DNA of 64,000 nt from contig NMRA01000032.1 of assembly GCA_002633005.1 (NCBI GenBank), forward strand, positions 1,158,911 to 1,222,910. Reading direction: 5' to 3'. Position numbers and translations under genes: made by a program. Source of the DNA: Phoronis australis (taxonomy: Eukaryota > Animalia > Phoronida). Below are positions 27,440-37,673 of the stretch, one piece after another (the first letter of the stretch is position 1; each line of letters opens with the position of its first letter). Below the pieces are notes generated by a model. It was not told the origin of the DNA and made no database searches. It saw nothing but the letters and a program-made list of their open reading frames with translations.

Positions 27440-28139
27440 GGCAATAGTCGGATATAATGGACCCTAACTTATTCCAAATAAATCCACTAAATGTTGGTCT
27501 AAATGAATGATTTTGGTATCGTTGCATTCCTCAGACATCTGGCTATCCGTACAAATCCTTTTCACGACCCTCAATTACTCTAGTCTATAACTACGCCATT
27601 CTGAACTTGGCACACTTTAGCGTTAGCCACACGCATTGTGAAATCGGCAGCCATTTCAGGGAACTTACTATATCTAGCGCCATCTATCGGCGATTTGCTA
27701 CAACACGCGCTGTTCCTTTTTCATCAGTCAACATGGACGACGATAACATGACGATGACAGATACGATCGTGAGAGAGACGACGAAGGTGATGACGAGAGC
27801 AGATGATTAATAACGACTGACGTTAATAATATTGACGAAATCGACCAATGACGTTGACTGATGAAAAAGGAACAGCACATGTTGTAGCAAATCGCTGATA
27901 GATGTCGCTAGATACAGTAAGTTCCCTGAAATGGCTGCCGATTTCACGATGCGCGTGGCTAAAGTGGACCGAGTTCGGAACAGCGTAGCTATAGACTAGA
28001 GTAATTGAGGGTCGTGAAAATGATTCGTACGAATAGCCAGATGTCTGAGGAATGCAACGATACCAAAATCATTCATTTAGACCTAAATTTAGTGGATTTA
28101 TTTGGAATAAGTTAGGGTCCATTATACCCGACTAGTGCC
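27440..28139. mobile_element. Foldback / Mutator-like MITE with ~295-bp TIRs and 9-bp TSD
   Basis: 27440-~27738 is the near-perfect reverse complement of ~27853-28139; flanks GAGTCTAGA (27431-27439) and GAGTCGAGA (28140-28148). Confidence 0.9.
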
Positions 28140-29271
28140 GAGTCGAGATAATCGATCAATTACAGCGCTCAACGCTAAAGCTACACGTCGCATTTGGTGA
28201 CCTGACAAGCGAAATCCGAGGTTGCCTTATTGCGAAAACTGAAAATCTCAAGCGCCGAAATAAATTTTGGGGTTTCTGATCCGGTGTAAAGGTTTGGCCA
28301 AAAGTCTTATTGTGCGTTGGACAGTGACCACCGATACCATCCTGCTAGCAGTGCCAGTAGGACAGTCTAGCTCCTGGCCATAGGCACTTATACACTGGAA
28401 GCTTTTTGGTGAATTATGCACTTGTCAAAAACATCAGTCTCGTTGTTATAAATGCATTTTGTGCATAGGGGGAGGTAATTGTTTACAATATGACGACATT
28501 GACTTACACATATGATTTTGGTATCGTTTGATTCCTTGCAAAGTGTTCTTTCCAGAAATAAACTGAAATTTTCCTACCCCGTTCAATACGTATTTTATCG
28601 GGAAATTTCTGCTCGCTCTATTTGGTAGTAAATACAACCATATTGAATGGAAAGAGTCACCCGGCGGTCAAAAACTGAACTACTCTACCGACTTCTGCAG
28701 ATCGTCGCTTTCCATAAGGTCAAATTGACGGAGACCCGTCTGTCCCCTGCCCGGGTTATGGTCCCAAGGGTTCAGATTCGATCTTATGGTGACTGGTACA
28801 CATCTGCTAGCAAGAGAATCCACGAAAAAATCTGAGGTTGTTTTTGAGGTCCAAATTGGTGAAAAATGTATCACTTCAGACAATTTCGTGAAAAAATGGT
28901 CATAATTTTAAAAAAATGAAAAAGGTGAAATGCTGCTAATTGTTCCTCCATATTACGTCACTAATGTCGGGAAAACTAGCGGGAATCTCGTGCGGGCAAA
29001 CACCATTCAGAATCGATGATGCTGTTTCATTCATTAACAATGGGTGACGCTGTAATCTTGAGTCGAGTTGACATGGCGGTGTCAACCGGGAAATAGTGCG
29101 AACCGAAATTCGTGGATAAAATACCGAGGAAACGCGGTAGGTTACAGCTTCATTTATTTTTGGAATGATAATGTTGCAAGGAATCGAACGATACCAAAAT
29201 CGTGTGTGTAGGTCAATGTCGTCATATTGTAAATAATTACCTAGAGGGACACCTATGGCTATAAGGAAACC

Positions 29272-29526
29272 GTCGATGTAAATAATTCCTTCCAATTTTA
29301 ACAAATACTCCCGTTACCAAACTTTTTCTTGGAGCAGTCCCTCATTCAGTTCCCAACATCAGTAACTCACCATTTCTAATGCAGCGGATGGTATGACGTA
29401 TCCCCTGGCATGTGTAGAGTGAAAATGGCGAGTTACCGATTTTGGGAACTGAACGAGGAACTGTTCGAAGAAAAAGTTTGATAACTGGAGTATTTGTTAG
29501 AGTTGGTAGGAATTAAGTACATCGAC
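29272..29526. mobile_element. Palindromic MITE-like element (~105-bp arms) in the Hsp90 5' intron
   Basis: GTCGATGTA..AATTCCTTCCAA..TAACAAATACTCC..CAGTTCCCAA mirrored by TTGGGAACTG..GGAGTATTTGTTA..TTGGTAGGAATT..TACATCGAC. Confidence 0.8.
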
Positions 29527-30253
29527 ACCCTCCTAAGGTTACAGTAGAGACAGTGGTGACTATCTTTTCGAACGCCACCTCCACCCATTCTGGTGTGCTC
29601 CTTCAATTTTCTCCGTAAACACCTAAATGTGTACGTATGTTTATTCACTTACTATTCTTCCAACACAGGGACATAAAATACATATGACTGCATGGGCTGG
29701 TGTCGCGGATTTCAACGATCTTGCCAGATTTCTGCCAAACAATTCTGACTTCTGTGTAGGAAAACCTTTACTAAATTAAACTTTGGAAGTCAACATGAAA
29801 TAAGAAACAAATTTAAGGGAATTACTGTCTGACTTATGTACTCGCACTGGCGACCTTGTGGCAATTTAGAATTTTCCCCAGGTCGCTAAACACAATCTGA
29901 GGTAGCATTGGTAGCCTGCAGATTGCCAAATTGAGCACTGAATTCCCATGGTAAAAAGGCACAATGCCATTTCCCCTCCGTTAAGCAATGGCCTTGGAAT
30001 ATCGCCCAAAATGCCATGGAAAAGTTAAATTATTCTCTTTAAAGTGGCAATGATTGGTGGAATTGCCCTTACCCCACCCTTCAGAATTGAGAAAATTGAA
30101 TTCCTGAGTCTTAAATTTTGGCGACCGTCTCAATCTGGAGAATTTTAATGATATAAGAAGCAAAAGTTTGCGCGAGTGGTGCAGCAGGCAAACAAGATGG
30201 CACATGCGTAGTGTTTGCGTCTGTGAGGCTAAATGAAATGTTTTTTTTTTCAG

Positions 30254-33200
30254 ATGCCTGAGATTGAAATGCAAGATGAAGGGGAGGTGGAAACTTTTGC
30301 TTTCCAGGCTGAGATTGCTCAGCTGATGTCATTGATCATCAACACATTTTACTCAAACAAAGAGATCTTCTTAAGAGAGTTGATTTCTAACTGCTCTGAT
30401 GCCCTGGACAAGATTCGGTATCAGAGTTTGACCGATCCGTCAATGCTCGACTCTGGCAAAGATCTCAAGATCAACATTGTTCCCAACAAGAATGAGAGCA
30501 CGTTGACTATCATCGATACGGGTGTAGGCATGACCAAGGCTGACCTGGTCAACAGTCTTGGCACCATTGCCAAGTCGGGAACTAAAGCTTTCATGGAAGC
30601 CTTAGCGGTATGTGACAAGTTTCATTGTCTTTAGAATCGTTGAGGCTTATCAAAGATGTGATGAAGGCATTCTTTCTAATCTTATTTGTTTATTTAATGT
30701 TGCTGTTTACCTGCTTTGGTTTATGCAGTACTGATTGGTACGAGTTTTTAAGTTCGGAATCGATGATATGTTGAGTATTAAATTGTGAAATTGCACATCA
30801 GTTTTAAGGATTTGTAGTGTGTACCCTGTCGTGTTCACAATTTGAACTTCCTCTACATGTTTGTGTTCATTTTTTCATCAGGCCGGCGCTGACATTTCCA
30901 TGATTGGTCAGTTTGGTGTGGGTTTCTACTCCGCCTACTTGGTTGCCGACAAAGTCGTGGTGACATCCAAGCACAACGACGACGAGCAGTACGTGTGGGA
31001 GTCGTCCGCTGGCGGCAGCTTCACCATTCGGCCGGACCATGGGGAGCCCATCGGGCGGGGCACCAAGATCGTGCTGCACCTGAAGGAGGATCAGATGGAG
31101 TTCATCGAAGAGAAGCGCATCAAGGAGGTGGTCAGCAAACACAGCCAGTTCATTGGCTACCCCATCGCACTGCACGTGGAGAAGGAGCGCGAGAAGGAAG
31201 TGTCTGATGACGAGGAGGAAGAGGAAGAGAAGAAAGAGGAGGTAACTGTGTGTATGTGTAACTCCGTGTGGAACCTTGAGAGGCCCAATCCCGCGCAACT
31301 GTGCGGCTTCTGGTTTTGTTTGGTCCAGGGACCGCTAAATCAACTGCTAAAGGGGCGTTGGAACTGAGAATGGTCGTGGATGGTTTATTGCAAATGCGAT
31401 GTTTCGTTTTCTATAAAAACGACATGGTGATTTTACAGTCCTCTGATGCTTAATGCTTTGTGTTGGTATTCATATGGTGCAGTGATGTCTGATTATGTCG
31501 AAACTTAGGTGTGAAAAGATATTTCAATGACAGGGCCACTAAATGTAACAATCTAACTCTGTAAATCCTGTAGCTTACGCATTTACTGTATTTATTCCCA
31601 AGTTTGATCAAAGGATTGCTTAGAAATGTACGTCATTGTCACTTATAATTGGTGGAATGGGAAGGTTGACTTAATTGTGTTGTGATGGAGAGTTGATTGT
31701 TGGCTGTCCTTAACAAAAGTTGTATTTTTCCAGGACGAAGATAAGGAAAAGCCAAAAATCGAGGACTTGGACGAGGATGAAGAGGCCGATGAAAGCAAAG
31801 ACAAAAAGAAGAAGAAGAAAATCAAGGAAAAGTATTATGAAGATGAAGAACTTAACAAAACAAAGCCCATCTGGACACGTAACCCAGACGACATTCAGCA
31901 GGAAGAATACGGAGAGTTCTACAAGTCTCTAACAAACGACTGGGAGGACCACCTGGCAGTCAAACACTTCTCCGTGGAGGGCCAGCTGGAGTTCCGCGCT
32001 CTGCTCTTCGTCCCCAAGAGAGCGCCGTTCGACTTGTTCGAGAACAAGAAGAAGCGCAATAACATCAAGCTGTACGTGCGACGTGTCTTCATCATGGACA
32101 ACTGTGAGGAACTCATTCCTGAGTATTTGAGTGAGTGCATTTAAACGGCTATTTTTCTGTTTATCTAGGCCAAACGTGTAAAATTGATATTTCAGTGTTC
32201 TCTTAGCTCCTGTCCTGTGGTTGAGGTGAAATTGGTGCAGTTCACCTCTGTTGTGGACAAGGCTACTAACAGTCGGTTTTGTCCTGGTTAACGTGGCATT
32301 GGGGTGATGTGTTCTTTTGAACCATTACCCAATTGCTTTTAATTCAATTTTTGTATTATGATTGCTAAAGTAAGGCGTATTAAGTAAAAAAAGTGAAAAA
32401 TTATGCCATCTATGGTGAATAACACTATCTGGGAGTAGCACATTTTGCTTCGAGGTTGAAAATATTTCTTGTCAGCCGTGTGTTAACCAGTCGTTGTGTT
32501 TGTCTGCAGATTTTGTGAAGGGTGTTGTGGACTCTGAGGACCTGCCACTGAACATTTCTCGTGAGATGTTGCAACAGAACAAGATTCTGAAGGTGATCCG
32601 CAAGAACCTGGTCAAGAAATGTATGGAACTGTTTGAGAACATCAAAGAGGACCAGGACAACTACAAGAAGTTCTACGAGCAGTTTGGAAAGAATCTCAAG
32701 GTACGTTGTTGATAGCATGTCTTGAGAAAGAAGTTAAGTCACTGTGACATCATTTTGAAAGTCATACCGATAAAATTCAGTTTTGTCTTGGAAAGTTGAA
32801 TACATATCTCAGAAGGAAGCTTCTGTTTTTTGTATGACATACCAAGCTGTAAAGGGGCAACTGCAGGTAGATCCTTTGAAATAAGTCTCCTGTCCTTCAC
32901 TTCAGTTTTACACGATGATCCATTTTCAGTTCTTGCGTTTTGTGTGAACTCGTATTATGTAGCTGTTAATTTGTAGTGTTGGTTGTCTAATAGAAATGCT
33001 GGCAGTAGTCACTTACATTTGCCTAGACGTTAAGAACCAGTTTGATTCCTGATATTTAGTTGAGAAAACTGTTCTAAAACGCAGGACCCCTGTAAGTGAC
33101 TGTCACTGTATTGTAGTCTGACCAGCTACTGGTGTATTGCACTTAGTGGACAACTGACAGCAGCCTTCCAGCACACGTGTATCACGCTGTAGTCAAGTTG

Positions 33201-35646
33201 GCTGGCAGTCGTGTACTGCTGGCGACTGGACAGTGTCAGTGATGGTGGTGCTCATGGAAGTAGACAAAGTCGGTGCTGTCTGGGTCAGCAGTAGGACCGC
33301 TTTCTTAATGTCCAGTGGCTGCGGACTTTCGTATTGGCACTGGACAGTTTGTTTTTTTTTTGTGCAAGGGAGAAGTCCCTATGGTAAAATCACCGCTTTT
33401 GCTCAATAAGACATCATCTCAAAACCGGGCTCTTGTGTTTTAGCTCGAGTGTTTGGTGCAGTGGGCCCAACTATGAGGCCTGTGCACGTCTGATGAACCT
33501 CAAATGACATCAGGCCACCTGCACTTTTTTTCATAGTTTACCTGGATGGATGTAGTCTTATTGATTCTTTGACAGTTGCTCCATTGTTTAGCTGCACATT
33601 GTTAGTGGACAGAGAGCTATTGATGAAGACATTGACAAGTGTGAACTTTGAACTCTGGTGCTAAAGTACTCTGGTGCTAAAGTCTGGTTGTGTGTTACTT
33701 CCAGTTGGGTATCCATGAGGACACTACAAATCGCAAGAAGATAGCTGACTTCCTGATGTACCACTCGTCACAGTCTGGTGATGAAATGACCACATTCAAG
33801 GACTACGTGTCGCGCATGAAAGAGAACCAAAAGGATATCTACTACATCACGGGTGAGAGCAGAGAGGTCGTCGCCAACTCCGCATTTGTGGAACGTGTCA
33901 AGAAGAGGGGATATGAGGTAAGTGCCACCAATGAGGCCATCCGGGCAGATGTGTAATTTTCTTTCCTGTCTTGGTTAATTTGTTCCCAGTGTGCGTTTTG
34001 TCGCTTAATTTATCGGACGTTGCAGGTATTGCGCGCTCACGTGATCAGTTTGTGTACTATTCCTTTGTTGCGCAGGTGCTCTACATGGTGGACCCAATTG
34101 ACGAGTACGCCGTGCAGCAGTTGAAGGAGTACGATGGCAAGAACCTGGTGTGCGTCACCAAGGAGGGTCTTACCCTGCCTGAGGACGAGGAGGAGAAGAA
34201 GAAGTTTGAGGAGCAGAAGGCAGAGTATGAGAGTCTGTGTAAGGTGATGAAGGAGATCCTGGACAAGAAGATTGAGAAGGTACGGTTAGCTGACCCAGCA
34301 TTTCCTGTGCGCTGTTGCATGATAGTACTGTGGGTTTCCGGATTAGATAGACTTGAATCAGAAATTTAGCGTTGCGCTCCACACGAGTACTTTTGAAAAG
34401 CAATTGAATTTCACTTGAGCAAAAGTGCAAAGTCTAAGACTAAATGCATAACTGCTAGTCATTTTGTCTGAATTATTTGTAGATTGTGGTGCACTCGAAA
34501 TTGTTTTGTGAAGTAGGAGTGCCAGTCCAGTTTCTGTCTTAAAGTCTGAAGTCTCTTTTCATGAAACTGACCTGGACTGTTATGTTGGATTAGTGTTAGC
34601 TGGTGTCATTTGTTCTTGGATACTGTTGCGAACCTATTGAATGTAGCAGTGGTCAACATATACTGTGGCAATTGACTGCTTGACACGACATTTTAACAGT
34701 GATGATGAATGTTTTCAGGTGGTCGTCTCCAGCCGCCTTGTATCGTCACCATGCTGTATTGTGACCAGCCAGTACGGCTGGTCGGCCAACATGGAGCGCA
34801 TCATGAAGGCACAAGCGCTGAGGGACACCAGCACCATGGGCTACATGGCTGCCAAGAAACACTTGGAGATCAACCCTGACCACGCCATTGTCAAGAGTCT
34901 AAAGGAGAAGGCTGCTACAGACCAGAACGACAAGTCTGTCAAGGACTTGGTCATGCTGCTCTACGAGACATCGCTGTTGTCATCAGGCTTCAGTCTAGAC
35001 GACCCACAGCTGCACGCTGGCAGGATTCATAGGATGATTAAACTAGGTCTAGGTATGTATTGTAGAAATAACAGGGATGTATTCCGTATGTACAAGCCAT
35101 TCACTGACAGTGCAAGTTCTTCGCAAGGTCTTGCTTGTTATGAAGTGATTTAGCTGTCCACTACCAACGAAGCGGGAAGGGGATTGGTGATTTTGCTCTA
35201 GGTTGCCTATTTACCTAGAAAATGTAAGTGGCCATTAATGTTCGTGGTTTCCATTGATACTTAAGGGCTCATGGGTGCTGTGTGACTGTCTTAGAAGCGT
35301 AGGAACTCCTTTTCTGATAGCTTCAATTGAAATGCTGTTTTGCTGTGATGAACTTTTCCCCATCTGATCGACATATGCCGATAACGTGCTTTACTAAAGC
35401 CAGACCAAATCTGAGCAAAACAAACTCATTCACCCATGTTAGCATGTGTTCCAACGCAATTTGGAGTAATCCTGCTTTATTGAGCCACCAAAAGGTGGTA
35501 CGAGGATTGGAACTGTTTATTAATTATACATTTATTTCCATTTAGGTATTGACGAAGACGATGTTGCCGAGGAACCGACGGAAGAAATGCCTCCATTGGA
35601 GGGCGATGCGGAAGATGATTCATCCAAGATGGAGGAAGTGGATTAG
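30254..35646 (+). CDS. HSP90: Cytosolic heat shock protein 90 (717 aa)
   Basis: Exons 30254-30607, 30882-31241, 31734-32130, 32510-32700, 33705-33917, 34076-34279, 34719-35052, 35546-35646 (2154 nt, in frame); signatures [59 protein letters not shown] and C-terminal MEEVD. Confidence 0.98.
30648..30740 (+). ncRNA. Candidate box C/D snoRNA, Hsp90 coding intron 1
   Basis: C box GTGATGA 30658-30664, D box CTGA 30731-30734, terminal stem TATCAA/TTGGTA. Confidence 0.5.
31262..31495 (+). ncRNA. Structured intronic RNA candidate with D-box guide complementary to tRNA-Tyr anticodon arm (Hsp90 intron 2)
   Basis: GC-rich hairpins (CCGCGCA/GTGCGG; TCGTTTT/AAAACGA); TTTACAGTCCT directly before CTGA 31443-31446; C'-like GTGATGT 31482-31488 and CTGA 31489-31492; no canonical C box. 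Confidence 0.35.
32995..33349 (+). ncRNA. Large multi-hairpin box H/ACA RNA (SNORA53/SNORA81-like) in Hsp90 intron 4
   Basis: Stems TGCTGG/CCAGCA (32997/33168), AGTCACTTACA/TGTAAGTGACT (33007/33091); H box AGACAA 33262-33267; terminal hairpin GTCGGTGCTG...TGGCACTGGAC followed by ACA 33344-33346 + 3 nt; three GTAGTC motifs. Confidence 0.65.
34520..34693 (+). ncRNA. Candidate box H/ACA snoRNA, Hsp90 intron 6
   Basis: 5' hairpin CAGTCCAG..TTTC/GAAA..CTGGACTG; 3' hairpin GTGTCA...TGACAC followed by ACA (34688-34690) + 3 nt; no clean ANANNA H box seen. Confidence 0.4.
35336..35422 (+). ncRNA. Box C/D snoRNA, Hsp90 intron 7
   Basis: Terminal stem TGTTTTGC/GCAAAACA, C box GTGATGA 35345-35351, D' CTGA 35364-35367, D CTGA 35411-35414; ~120 nt from the 3' splice site. 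Confidence 0.8.
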
Positions 35647-37673
35647 GAACCTCTCCTCCATCTCTCACTTAACCATTTTGTAAATAAATCATTAGACTCC
35701 CACACATTGATGTCAAAATCACTCTAATATTTAGTGGAACCTGTTGGATTAACGAAAACCTGTTGCCGTTGTATTCAACGATTTTGTAATGTATGTCTTG
35801 TTTATTTCATTTCTTTATTTGAAGTTGATCTTTTGTCACTGGAAAAAACATTAAAAGCATGAAGATTTGTTTTTACGTTTGTATTTGTTTCTTCATGTAA
35901 TAAAAATATGAACTGTCACATGAAATATTGTCATTCATAAGTTTCGATAAGAAGTCGTCATAAGATCTGTAAACATTTTAAGGTTGTGGATTGTGAACTA
36001 AGTTTCTACCTGGTGAAGCATATGCTAGCACTCCATACTGCGCAGTTTTCCGTTTTGTAGAAACGATTTTGCTGTGTACCAGTCTCAACAACAGCACATT
36101 TTAAAGAGTGAATAGCACAGTGATTGGCGATTCATTTGCTTTTGCAAAACACATGGTTGGTCTCAATAAACCACTTTCAGTAATAGATTTGAGGTATCTG
36201 GTGATTAAAGATAATTAGATCCAGTACATTTAAATTACTAACAGATAGAATGTTGAATTATACAGTCAAACCACAGTATGATAAACCACTACAATGCCGA
36301 TTGCTTTTATTCCATTGCTCGACTACGATCAACGTTTGAGAAAGGTTTATCCCAGCCTGGTTACACTACCTGTTCATTGTGTAAACACAGCTGTATTCTG
36401 GAAATGCCAGAAAAGCTTGTGCAACCACATCCTCTGCATTGCAATGAACATGTGATTGTGTTTTCTAGAATTTCTTTCGTTGACTAAATACAGTCCTGCG
36501 TCAATTGAAATGGATTTATTCAATGCAGACTGTGGAAATTGAACAAGATTGGTAATTAATGGCAGATACTGGGGTCAGTAAATTCTTGTCGAGACATGAC
36601 TGATCAACCTTTGAAACATAGACCCTCATCACTGCCTACAGCAAATGCATTGCAGTTGAATATAGCACCATCCCACTGATCTTCGAGCATTAATAAACAA
36701 TTTGAAACTTGATAACCATGATTGGCACTGACTAACCAGCTTTCATTAACTGAAACTTTGTGCACAAGAATTTAATTAAAAGCCTTCGAAATATTTTTAT
36801 TATATTAGGTGCACTGAACTATCCATGTAGTTCCAGCTATACTTAAGCAACATAAAACTAGATTCTTAAAATCACTCAAAAGTTGGTATGTTGACTGGAA
36901 ATGGATTGGTGAAGTAACCTTTAAATAACATTACAAAGCCACAAGAACTTGGAACAAGGAAAGTCCGAAACTGTTGAATTGGGTTTGAAAAGTGCACCTT
37001 GTAAGGAATTGTGCCATGACGTAGACTTAAGTCCAATATGTTAGGCAACATATAGCATAAGTGTGCTCAAAGTGATAGTCAAAACATATTACAAGAACAT
37101 GATTCATTTTCATTCAATGTAGGCATGATGACCACTCATCTGAAAGACAACTGTAAACTGTCAAAAACTTGCAAATACCAACAGTCGCCACAATAATACT
37201 ATTTTGGAATCCTGCTGAATGACAACTAATAACACCATTTTCCATTTGGTCTCCTTAGAGTTCTACAAATACATATTCACGATGAAGAACTTGGGACAAC
37301 TTATTAGTAATGATTGTGTTTGAAACTTTCAGTTATGGAATAAACAAAATGGCCACTTACAGAAAACAAGTAGAAGTGATTGTCGCTAGATGAATACATA
37401 ATTGGTGTATGATCACAACTAAGCTGTAGACCTCCACAGTTCTGAAATCAGTAGAAGTTATTGCAAAATTAATATGTCATCTCATATTTAATTTCAAAAA
37501 TTTTTTTTTACCTTCCAAGTTAATGATTTACAGCTAACATCGCAAATAAGAAACTAGTCATAAGCAAATTATCCATGATTCCCTCTGGTCTGAAATTGCT
37601 CAATGATCACTGCAGACTAGTAGCTCAAAAGCACGAGAACACACAAAAGCCCCAGTGTGCACATGAATTAGCT

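Noticed and set aside
30713-30734. Intron-1 C/D guide targeting tRNA-Cys G34
   Set aside because: D+5 lands on the wobble base but only 6 contiguous pairs form; too weak to claim.
32995-33349. Telomerase RNA (long H/ACA RNA)
   Set aside because: No CCCUAA/CCUAA-type template or U-rich pseudoknot visible.
33489-33520. Hammerhead ribozyme (CTGATGA)
   Set aside because: No downstream GAAA core or stem II/III arrangement.
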